A DNA stretch of 64,000 nt from Mobula birostris (taxonomy: Eukaryota): NCBI RefSeq assembly GCF_030028105.1, contig NC_092378.1, positions 107,559,731-107,623,730 on the forward strand, read 5' to 3'. Under the pieces are notes generated by a model that saw only the letters and a list, made by a program, of their open reading frames with translations, ran no database searches and was not told where the DNA came from. This document shows positions 52,934-64,000 of this stretch, in pieces. A program made the position numbers and the translations under genes. Within the stretch, counting starts at the first letter, position 1, and every line of letters begins with the position of its first letter.

Positions 52934-53872
52934 CTAACGGTACTTGGAGCTCAATTCATGTGCGAGCAACTCAAGGAACTTGTCGACAGCACAGTGGGTT
53001 GCAGGGGTGAACGCAGGCAAGTGAATGGCCAGGGTAACTGTGATACAATCAGCCAACAGCTGTAAAAGTGAAAAATAAATAACACAAGGCGGTGTTAGTA
53101 TTGTCAAAGGATGATTTTACCCATTAAACAAGTGTTGCTTGTTTGTACTTTGACTGCTTTCCTATGTATAGTGTTGCAGGAAAAAGTATTCTCCGCTAAC
53201 CTGAATAAGATTACACTTCTAGACTGCTAAAATTTCAACTAAATAAAGTTGCTGATCTAATCACTATATCATAGTTTGTATAATGACAATGACAAAGAAT
53301 CTGTAAAATTGTTATATACCTGAAAGTTATGAGGATCCACAAGAAGTTCTTCACCATGTTTCTTGGCAAGCTTTTCCAGGTGTTTACTCAGATTGTCCAC
53401 GTTATGGGCTGCATCCGCCACAGCTTCCATTACCAAGTGACCATGTCTTCTGACAGGCAGATCAGAGGCTTTGTAGCCATTGAATTTCGGGAAGTACGTC
53501 TTAGCTTGAGGATGGATCTCAAACAACCTTCAGAAACATGGAAAATGAAGGCAGAAATTATTTGCAGACACAATGTACACCACATCTCACCGAGAATTGA
53601 ATTCTTTTATTCTTCAGACCAGCAATCACATTATTTTGGAAAATCTTCAATTCTATGCGGAGATTGTTATAGTGCATCTTTAATGGTCTCACAGTGCAAG
53701 GGAAATGCATGGAATGTTATCAATTACAAATAATAGCTGAAAATGCAATATTAATTGTGTGAATCTAAGAAAATTACCTGGCTAAAGCATCGGCTCCCCA
53801 AGCTTCAGCATTTGCCTTGATGTGGTGGCCCAGTTCTTCTATAACCTGTTTGTTGGGGCCAGAGAGTACCAT
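52934..53872 (-). CDS. hba: Haemoglobin alpha chain (copy 2), complement(join(52934..53059,53320..53527,53778..53872)), 142 aa
   Basis: Translation: MVLSGPNKQVIEELGHHIKANAEAWGADALAR/LFEIHPQAKTYFPKFNGYKASDLPVRRHGHLVMEAVADAAHNVDNLSKHLEKLAKKHGEELLVDPHNFQ/LLADCITVTLAIHLPAFTPATHCAVDKFLELLAHELSSKYR* (TAG stop). Exon sizes 95/208/126 match copy 1. Confidence 0.97.
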
Positions 53873-53938
53873 TGTTGCTGAGTTTTCACTTTTTCAGATC
53901 TCTCAATAACCAGGAGATGCCTCCGGCTTGATGTGTCC

Positions 53939-54061
53939 ATATTTATTGCAATTCACACTGAGCTACACCCTCTCCACCCCACTTTTCCCATTGGTTGTGG
54001 GTCCTGATTCATGGTCTACGTAATCTAATGATAAGAGACAATAGTCAATAGAGAGCCAATC
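53939..54061 (-). promoter_or_regulatory. alpha-2 erythroid promoter (TATA-like ~53939-53947, CTACACCC 53963-53970, CCAAT 53990-53994, TGATAA 54029-54034)
   Basis: Homologous to the alpha-1 promoter with the same motif order and spacing. Confidence 0.8.
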
Positions 54062-54739
54062 ATCTGTTTCACATACAACTGTTAGCAAAGATGTCTGTTC
54101 CAGAAAAGCTAAACACCGCCTTCGGACCTTTTCATTTGAAGCACTCTTGCAAAGGGTTACTTTATTTTCATATAAGTTATTAGTAAATGTAGATTAATAT
54201 TCATTAATCTATATGTGTTTCCAAACTAATCCTGATATAATAAGTTTAATTCATTTTATTGTTGTTTTGGGCTGGATCTTACATTGAATTCACCCATTCA
54301 AACTCATTCTCTTCACCTCCAGTCTTTTTATTTCACAACTATTTAACTTCAGTTTGCGGGAAGACCTGGTTTTCCAATATTCACAAAACACCTCTGTATA
54401 CACTGCACAGAAGCTGACTGGGCAAAACAAATTATTATGTAATCATATTGGACCAAAAAGTGTGTCTGTCTAGAATCACATAAATAAGACGGAAGGATTT
54501 GATTACGCACAAGTCTATGGAAGCTGTAAGATTTGAGAATGGCCACAGCAACTTTGAAATATTGCTCCTGTTTCCTCCCACAGTCCAAAGACGTACTGTT
54601 TGGTAGGTTAATTGGTCATTGTAAGTTATCCCGTGATTAGGCTCAGATTAAATCGGGAGATTACTGGTCAGTGCAGCTCAAAGGACCAGAGGGGTCTGCT
54701 CTGCACTGTCTCTCAATAAAATATAAATAAACCCACATC

Positions 54740-57350
54740 CACCACATACGCTGACAGCTCATTCCACTCTCTCAACACCTTCCGAGTGCAGAAGCTCCCC
54801 ATCATATTACCATTGAACCAGTCACCTTTTACCCTTCACCCATGATCTCCAGTTCTGATCTCACCCAACCTCTGTGGAAAAACCCACTTGCATTTACCAT
54901 ATCTATACACCTCACAATTTTGTATACCTCTATCAAATCTCCTCTTATTCTCCTATGCTCTAGGGAATGCAGTCCACCCTATTCAAACTTCTGCTCTAAC
55001 TCAGGTCCCCAGGTCTTGGAAACATCTTATTAATATCTTTTCTGTAGGTAGGTGACCAGAACTGGACCAATGTCTTACACAATTTCAACATAACATCCCA
55101 ACTCCTGTACTAAATACTTTGATTTATGAGGCCAATGTACTAAAAGACCCTAAGTACCTATGTGATGCACCATCAATAACTCCAAAAGACTGGAAGTAGA
55201 GTAAATACTGAAAGGCTTTTATTAGCAGTAAAATGTGACTCCACCATGCTGAGTATCTGCCCCTGGACTGAGAGGAGGTTGGCACCACTAGTCAGAGAGG
55301 CAACTCTCTACTACCACACTCTGGCTTCTTCCACAAAGCCAATCTCTAATCCAGTTTGCTACCTCATCCCGAATGCCAAGTGACTGAACCTCACTGACCA
55401 ACCTCCCATTTAGGACCTTGTCAGAGGCCTCGCTAAAGTCTATGTGGACAACATCCACTATATTGCCTTCATCAACTTTCCTGATAACTTCCTCCAAGAA
55501 ATCTGTAAGATTGGTTAGTCATGACCTACCATGCACAAAGCCATGTTGACTATCCCTACTCACTCCCTGTCTATTCAAATACTTATGTACCGATCCCTCA
55601 GCATAATTTTCAATAATTTACACACTACTGATGTCAGGCTCACCTGCTTACAATTTCCTAGCTTGTTCTTAGAGCCTTTCTTAAACAATGGAACAGCATT
55701 AGTTATCCTCCAATTGTCCAGCACCTCATCTGTAGCCAATGATGCTTTAATTATCTCTGCTATGGCCCCTGAAATTTCTGCACTAATCTCCCACAGGGTC
55801 AGAGGGAACACCATGTCAGGTCCTGGAGATGTATCCACCTAATTGTTTCAAGACAGCAAACATCTGTTCCTCCATAATCTGTATAGGGTCCATGAACTCA
55901 CTGCTGCTCTGCCTCACTTCTGGAGTCTCTGTGTCCATCTCCTGAATCCATGTAAGATCTCCACCATCACTTTCGGCTCCATGTATAGATGACCGGTCTG
56001 ATATTTCTGAAGACAAATTTTGTCCCTTGCTATACCTTTGCTCTTAATACATCTGTAGAAGCCTTTAGGATTCTCCCTCATCTTGTCTGCTAGAGCAAAC
56101 TCATGCCTTCTTTTAGCCTTCTTGATTTCCTTCTTAAGTTGTGGAGCTTAGGAGACGATGGCGCCTAATGGCAACTCCTTTGCTTGCATCTTCGGAAACT
56201 GCTCTATTTCTATCTTTAATATCTCTATTTTTCACTTTCAGGGTTCTTTTGAAGACGCTGACCTGGAGTTACACACTGACATCGGTTCTTTGTGGGAATG
56301 GAACCCGCTCTCGGGGTCTCACAACTGGCCGTTATTCGATATAACAAGGACATGGCCTAGAAGATTAGCTCGCCTTTGGAGTTTCGGAATTTTGTGGTTC
56401 TGGTGGCGGGCAGACTTGAGGTCAGTGACTCTGCAGAAAATCAGTGTGTTGTGGGACACGGAAGAGCGCTGGCTGTGTGCCCAGAGGCCCGAGTTCTTTG
56501 GGCACAGAGCTCGGAAAAAGCAATGCAATGGACTTTTAACATTATACAGTAAATCAGTGAGTTGTTTGTTATGTCTCCCCTCTCTCTGTGAAATGGAGAT
56601 GCTTCTTTTTCCCTTATTAGGGAGAGAGAGAACCTGTGGTTATGTCGAATTATCGGGTGAACAAGTAGTCTTTGAGGTACTGTAAGTCCCTGTCTTTATT
56701 GATGCTTTGCTGCACACTTGAGTGCTCTGTGGTGGGTGCCAATGCTGTTTTTTTGCTGGTGGTTTGGGGGGGGATCGTTGTTTCCTGCCGCTTACGTGTG
56801 GGAGGGGGGTGCTAGGGGTGCTTTGGGGTTCTAACATTTAACTGTCATTCTTTCTTTGGGGCACTCCTCGGTTTTCGTGGATGGTTGTGAAGAAGAAGCA
56901 TTTCAGGATGTGTAGTGCATACATTTCTCTGACATTAAACGTACCTTTGAAACCTTTGAAACCTTTGAAGTGTTCACATGCATCTCCTGTACTCTTCAAG
57001 AATTTCGTCTGTTGCTCCCTGCCTATACCTGCAATGCATCACCTTCTTTTTCATAACCAGGGCCTCAAAATTTCTCAGAAACGAAGGTTCTCTAAACCTG
57101 TTACCCTTGTCTTTTATTCTGACAGGAATATACAAACTCCGTACTCTCAAAATTTAACTTTTAAAGGCCCCCCTCTTACCAAGTATACCTTTGCCAGAAA
57201 CAACCTGGCCAAATCCACACTTGCCAGATCTGTTCTGATTCCATCAAAATTGGCTTTTCTCCAGTTTGGAATCTCAACACGTGGACCAGACCGATCCTGC
57301 TCCATAATTATCTTAAAACTAACGGCATCATGACCACGAGATGCAAATTG
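54740..57350 (-). mobile_element. CR1 ORF2 fragments with a nested non-autonomous element (~56141-56965, CCTTTGAAA tail)
   Basis: SPGPD..PLFKKG and DFSEASDKV motifs; the CR1 sequence resumes after the tail. Confidence 0.75.
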
Positions 57351-58239
57351 TTGCCCTACACATTATTTGGAGCCCTGAATGATAGTGAGGGAAGAGGTGT
57401 AGTGGCAGGTGTAGCATTTGTTCTGCTTGCAAGAAAAGTGCCAGAAAGGATTTCAGTGGGGAGGGATGAATGGGCAAGGGAGCAATCCCTGTGGAAAGTG
57501 GAAAGTAGAGGGAGGGAAAGATGCTCTTGGTGGTGGAATCCCATTGGAGATGGTGGAAGTTACGGAGAATTATGTGCTGGACGTGGAGGCTGGTGGGGTG
57601 GTAGGTAAGGACAATAGGAGGATGAGGTAAGTACAGATATGCGTGAAATGGAACATTGTTTTAAGAATAATGTCTGAAAATAAAAGTTACTAAACTGATG
57701 AAATGTCTAAAGAAGCCAAGATGTTTTGGGTGCTAATCAATTTGAATAAACATCTCTCACTGTTCTTGCCAGGAAGTAGCAATGATGTCCTTTATTATTC
57801 TCATTACTGATCTGGAAGAATGTGTCAGGAAAGCCTTCTCTTTGGAAGGATAGTGTTGTGATAATTGTTTATCTAACAAATGTATTGTAGCAACTGTGTT
57901 TAACTTAACTCTTTCCTGTGCTACCTCAGTCTTCATTATGGTAATCCACTCACTATAATATTGGAATTTCATATAGATTGGACTATCAAGAGACCAAACC
58001 TCTGCTCTAACATTATTTAGTGAATCAATTATAATTATTTCACTGAAAGCAAATTCATGGAGTTATTTTCCTTAAATTAGCACTACAACAAGTGACAGAG
58101 AGTTAGGTCAAGGTTAAAATATAAAAATGAAGAAACTCCAACACGGACTGAACTAAATCTAATCCTTTTTATATTCTACTGCCTCCTATCTGCCAGCAGA
58201 GGGAGCTCCTGCAAAACTCAATCACTGGACAAGCCAAAT

Positions 58240-60015
58240 TTCTTTCTTTTCAAATCTATTTATTTTTATATACAGGAAAAATAACATGAGTACATCGAAG
58301 TAACAACACTTACAATGCCTTGAAAAAAAAATTGTGATAACAAAAAAACCTAGTAAGCAGAAAATTGAGAAAAAAAAAGAACCCATTAGGTGTACAACAC
58401 CAGAGTCATGCGTCATACAAAAAGCTTCTAAAAATAAACATCAAACCGCCAGCAAGAAAAGAAAATATACTAAAAAAATTTACAATTAGATCGTGGAAAA
58501 ATTATATCAATTAACTCAAATGATAATAACGAGCAAATGAGCCCAATCTTTTCTCAAAATCAAATAAAGGTTCAAAGGTTCGACTTCTAATTTCCTCCAA
58601 ACTAAGACATAGCATCACTTGAGAGAACCATTGTAACAAAGTGGGAGCTGATGTATCCTTGCACTTCAACAAAATGGTCCTCCTAGCTATCAGTGTAACA
58701 AATGCAATAACATGTTGGTCAGACACAGAAATACCATGAATATTTTGAGGAACTATTCCAAAGAGCACAGTTAATTTATTAGTTTGTGAATTAATTTTAA
58801 GTGCTTTAGAAATTGTTGAGAAAACTGACTTCCAGAACTGTTCCAATTTAGAACAAGACCAAAACATATGTATCAGTGTAGCTATCTCGGTTTTACATCT
58901 ATCACAATGACTATCAACATTAGGAAAGATTTTAGAAAGTCTCTCCTTTGTCAAATGATAATGCTGTACAATTTTAAATTGAATCAATGAATGGCTAGCA
59001 CAAGTTGAAGAAGAGTTAACCAACTTCAATATCCACATCCAATCCTCTTTCATAAGAGTCAAATTAAGTTCCTTTTCCCAATCCTGTTTAGTCTTAGATA
59101 AAGGACGCTTATCCCATTGTAATAATAAATTATACATTTTTCCAATAGAACCCTTAATCAAAAGATTCATACTCATAATAGTATCTAACAGATCAGCCTC
59201 CAATATGTAAGGAAAATTACTTAAATATTTTTGTAAAAAATATCTAACTTGAAGGTATTGCAGAAAGTGTGAGTATGAAAGAGAATATTTATCAATTAAT
59301 TGTTCAAAAGACATCAATCTATCTTCTTTAAATAAATCCAAAAAAGAATTAGTACCTTTATTTTTCCAAAGTAAAAAAAATTGGATCACTCAAAGAAGGC
59401 TTAAAAAAGTAATTTCGGTAAATTAAACTACAAAGTTTAAATTTTTTAAGATTAAAAAAATTGCGGAAGTAGAGCCAAATTTGTAAAGAATACTTAATCA
59501 CAGGATATAGGTTTAAATTAACAACTTTACAAAATTGCATAGGTAAAGGAGCTCCCAATAACGAGGTTAAATAAAACTGTTTTACAACTTTCAGTTCCAG
59601 GTCTGCCCAAATTGGCCGATCACTCTTATCAACCCAGTATAACCAAAAAGACATATATCGCACATTAACAGCCCAATAATACATTCTAAAATTAGGCAAA
59701 GCAAGACCTCCATCCTTTTTCAATTTTTGTAAATGACATTTACTAATTCTTGGTCCTTTATTATTCCAAATAAAAGATAAAATAATAGAATCAATCTGAT
59801 CAAAAAACTTCCTAGTCAAAAAAAACAGGAATATTCTGAAATAAATATAAAAATTTCAGTAAAATCATCATTTTAACTATATGAAAACGACCAACAAGTG
59901 AAAATGTAAGTGGACTCCATCTACTAAATAAATACTTCATAGAGTCTACTAAGGGAACAAAATTAGCTTTATAAAGATCCTTATATTTTTTAGTAATTAT
60001 AATACCTAAATATTG
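58240..60015 (-). mobile_element. L1-clade LINE 3' part (ORF2 C-terminus with CCHC-type knuckle), frameshifted
   Basis: YLGIII..RWSPL..SLVGR, GGLALPNF..YYWA and CDRC..H..WSC in ORFs 58511..60054. Confidence 0.85.
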
Positions 60016-60159
60016 AAGGACAAGCCAAATTTCAATCACGTTCCCCAGCAACACTGAACTCCCAACTCACCGCCATTCCTCAGGAATCCCCTATTGCCAC
60101 TCAGTTGTTCGAAGCTTTCTCCAAATTCTACTACCAAATGAGTAGAAGTTTCCCTGAAG

Positions 60160-63090
60160 CATTTAGACCATGAGACATAGGAACAGAATTAGGCCATTTG
60201 GTCAACTGAGTCATTTCCCTCTTAACCCCTTTCTCCTGCCTTCTCCCCAAAACCTTTCACACCCTGAATAATCAAGAGACTATCGATCTCTGCCTTAAAT
60301 GCACCCAGTAACCTTGCTTCCACAAGCACCTCTGGCAATGATTTCCACAGATTTACCACTCTGGCTAAAGAAATTCCTCCTCATCTTTGTCCCTCTATTT
60401 TGAGGCTGTGCCCTCTGGTCCTAGACTCCTCAGCAAAGGAAACATCCATTTCACTTCTCATTGAAATCTATCTAATCCTTTCAACACTCAACGGGTTTCA
60501 GTGAGATCCCCCGCAGCCATTCTTCTAAATTCCAGTGACTACAGGCCCAGAGCCTTCAACCCCTGCTCATATGATAACCCTTTCATTCCCGGAATCATTC
60601 TTGTGAACCTCCTCTGAACCCCCTCCAATGTCAGAACATCCTTTCTTAAATAAGAGGCCCAAAACTGTTCACAGTACTCCAAGTGAGGCCTCACTAATGC
60701 CTTATGCAGCCTCAACATTACATCCTTGCTTTTATATTCTAGTCCTCTTGAAATGAATGCTGACATTTTACTTGCCATCCTCACCAACGATTCAACTTGT
60801 AAATTAACCTTCAGGGTATCCTGCACAAGGACTCCTAAATCTCTTTACATTTTTTTGCATTCTTTTCCCAAGTTAGAAAATAGTCTATGCTTTTATTCCA
60901 TCGTATTCCATTTGCCACCTCCCAATCTACCTAAGTCCTACTGCAAACTCTCTGCTTCCTCAAAACAACCTGCCCCTCCATCTAACTTTGTATTGTCCAC
61001 AAAAGTGGCCACAAAACCATCAATTTCATCATCCAAATCACTGACAAACAACGTAAAAAGCAGTCCAAACTCAGACCCCTGTGGTACACCACCAGTCACC
61101 AGCAGCCAATTAGAAAAGTATTCTCTTATTTCCACTCTTTGCCTCCTGCCAGTCAGCCAATGCTCATCCATAATAGTAAACTTGCTGTAATACCATAGAT
61201 TATTTTCTTGCTAAGCAGCCTCTTGTGAGGTATCTTGTCAAAGACCTTCCGAAAACTGAAATACACAATGTCAACTAATTCTCCTTTGTCTATCCTGCTT
61301 GTTATTTCTTCAAAGAATTCCAACAGATTTGTCAAAGAAGATTTTCCCTTAAGGAAACCATGCTGACTGGCCTATTTTGTCATGTGCCTCCAAGTGACCC
61401 AAAACCATGTCTTTAACAATTGACTCCAACATCTTTCCAACCACTGAGGTCAGGCTAACTGGCCTGTAATTTCCTTTCTTCTGCCTCCCTCCCTTCTTAA
61501 AGAGTGGACTGACATTTGCAAGTACCATCTCCCTAGTAATAGCAACTGCACTCACAACTGCACTGGGGAGCCTCCAACCTGATGGCATGAACATTGACTT
61601 CTCTAACTTCCACTAATGCCCCACCTCCCCCTCGTACCCCATCCATTATTTATTTATATACACACATTCTTTCTCTCTCTCTCCTTTTTCTCTCTCTGTC
61701 CCTCTGACTATACCCTTTGCCCATCCTCCAGGTTTTTCTCCCCCTCCCCCTTTCCCTTCTCCCTGGGCCTCCTGTCCCATGATCCTCTCATATCCCTTTT
61801 GCCAATCACCTATCCAGCTCTTGGCTCCATCCCTCCCCCTCCTGTCTTCTCCTATCATTTTGGATCTCCCCCTCCCCCTCCCACTTTCAAATCTCTTACT
61901 AGCTCTTCCTTCAGTTAGTCCTGACGAAGGCTCTCGGCCTGGAATGTCAACTGTACCTCTTCCTAGAGATGCTGCCTGGCCTGCTGCGTTCACCAGTAAC
62001 TTGATGTGTGTTGCACACACTTCTGCCTCTTGACCCTCTTGAACTTCTGGCATATTACTAGTATCTTCCTCAGTGAAGGCTGATGCAAAATACTTATTCA
62101 ATTGGTCTGCCTTGTCCTCTATCACTATCTCTCCAGTATCATTTTCCAATGGTCCGATACCAACTCTAGCCTCTCTTTTACTCTTTATATATCTGAAAAA
62201 TATTTCGGTATCATTTTTTGATATTATTGGCTAGCTTACCTTCATATTTCATCTTACCCCCTTGTGATTTTTTAGTTGCCTTCTGTTGGTTTTTAAAAAT
62301 TTCCCAATCCTCTAATTTCCTGCTAATTTTTGCACTATTATATGGCCTCTCTTTTGCTTTTATATTAGCTTTGACTTCCATTGTCAGCCACAGGTGTATC
62401 ACCCTCCCTTTAGAATACTTCTGTGGGGTGCATCTATCCTGTGTCTTCTGAATTGCTCCCAGAAATTCCAGCTGTTGCTGCTTTGCCGTCATCCCTGCTG
62501 GTGTCCTCTTCCATTCAACTTTGGCCAGCTCCTTTCTTATGCCTCTGTAATTCCCTTTATTCCACTGTAATACTAATACATCTGACTTTAGCTTCTTCCT
62601 CTCAAATTGTAGTGTAAATTCTATTATGCTATCATTGTTACCTTAATATTATTTTATATTAGACTCCCTAATCATATCTGGTTCATTACACACACCCAGA
62701 ATTGCTGATCCCCTCGTGGACTCAACCATAAGCTGCTCCAAAAAGCCATCTAGGAGGCATTTTACCAATTCTCTCTCGTGGAAACTAGCATCAACTTAAT
62801 ATTCCCAGTCTACTTGCATATTGATATTCCTGATAAGTAACATAACATTGCCTTTTTGACATGTATTTTCTATCTCCACTGTAATTTGTAGACCACGTCT
62901 TGGCTACTGTTCGAAGGCTGTAACTGACTCCCGTTAGCATCTTCTTACCCTTGCAGTCTCTTATCTCTACCTACAAGGATTCTACTTCTTTGGAACCCAT
63001 CTTGATTCTTCCTAAAGATTTGAGTTCATTTTTTTACCAGCAGGAGCTGTTCCTTCTCCTCTGGTAACCTGCCTGTTCTTTCGATAGATT
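60160..63090 (-). mobile_element. CR1 ORF2 fragments interrupted by a Penelope-like 3' end
   Basis: NYRPVSLTSVVGK, GVPQGS and RPHLEYC motifs. Confidence 0.85.
61565..62012 (+). mobile_element. Penelope-like element 3' end
   Basis: Nearly the same sequence as 26170-26605 and the reverse complement of 9965-10410. Confidence 0.85.
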
Positions 63091-63129
63091 TATTGGTAGT
63101 TTTGATACAATTTGATTTTTTAATGTTTT

Positions 63130-64000
63130 TAATAAAGTTCAAAGTCAAAATTCAAAGTAAATTTTGTTATCAGGGTACATATATGTCAGCACATACAACC
63201 CTGAGATTCTTTTTCCTGTGGGCATACTCAGCAAATCTACAGAAAATAACTGTAAATAGGATCAATGAAAGAGCAAGAGCATTGAAGACAACATATTGTG
63301 CAAATGCAATTATAAGTAGATAGGAATAAATAAGGAGAGCAAGAAATAATAAGATAAAGAGTCCTTAAAGTGAGATCATTTTGTTGTGGGAACATCTTAA
63401 CAGATGAATGTAGTTACCTTCTTTTGTTCAAGAGCCTGATGGTTGAGGGGTGGTAATCGTTCTTGAACCTGATAGTGCGAGTCCTGAGGCTCTTGTACCT
63501 TCTACCTGATGGAAAGAGAGAGAAAAGAGCATGGCCTGGGTGGTGAGGATCTTTGATGATGGATTCTATTTCCCTACGATGGGGTTTCAAGTAGATGTGC
63601 TCAATGGTTGGGAGTGCTTTACCCATGATGCACTGGACTGAATCCACTGCCTTTTGTAGGATTTTCAGTTCAAAGGCATTGGTGTTCCCATACCAGGCCA
63701 TAATACAGCCAGTCAATAAATTTTCCACCAGACATCTACAGAAGTTTGTCATGCCAAATCTCCACAGACTCCTAAGGAAGTAGAAGCACTGTTGTGCTTT
63801 CTTTGCAATTGCATTTATATGATGTGTCCAGAACAAACCCTCTGAGATAGTAGCACCCAGGAATTTAAACCCTCTCCATCTCTGATCCTCTGGTTTTCCT
63901 CTCCTGAAGTCTGTAGTCAGTTCTTTGGTTTTGCTGACATTGAGTGAGAGGTTGTTGTTATGACACCACTCAACCAAACTTATACTCTCCCTCCTGTATG
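63130..64000 (-). mobile_element. Rex1/Babar-like LINE 3' fragment
   Basis: ORF 63414..63977: WC..NNLSLNVSKTKE..FKFLG..HPGH..PSGRR. Confidence 0.8.

Larger units (their letters stand above)
32506..54563 (+). repeat. Segmental tandem duplication, copy B (beta-2 + alpha-2 cassette)
   Basis: Direct-orientation homolog of 1-19810 with copy-specific insertions and deletions. Confidence 0.93.

Noticed and set aside
53329-53733. Plus-strand ORFs over alpha exon 2 (also 18584..18853)
   Set aside because: Antisense shadows of globin exons; their similarity is explained by the duplication.
1-54563. Duplication as an assembly artefact (uncollapsed haplotypes)
   Set aside because: The copies differ by many substitutions and by old, decayed copy-specific insertions, far beyond allelic divergence.

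Overview
Vertebrate genomic DNA from a cartilaginous fish, most likely a batoid (stingray/myliobatiform-type globins and repeats). The window holds a haemoglobin cluster of four intact three-exon genes, all on the minus strand, head-to-tail. In transcription order they are alpha-2 (53872-52934), beta-2 (39230-37929), alpha-1 (19127-18175) and beta-1 (5859-4625). The cluster arose by tandem duplication of an alpha-beta cassette: 1-~19810 is homologous to ~32506-~54563. The two copies have since gained different transposon insertions, including a young CR1 with esterase ORF1 and APE-RT ORF2, a full-length RTE with a TSD, a Penelope-like element with a TSD, a tRNA-SINE with a TSD, and Rex/Babar fragments. 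Similarity between the two beta copies is patchy, which suggests gene conversion or a hybrid gene. The paralogs differ in promoter GATA and KLF sites, start-codon context, one splice donor and residues near the haem. Penelope-like ends carry minimal hammerhead-ribozyme motifs. The rest is mostly decayed CR1, L1, RTE, Rex, hAT and MITE debris, plus a candidate erythroid enhancer and a candidate CTCF site. All alignments and identity figures were done by eye and need computational confirmation.
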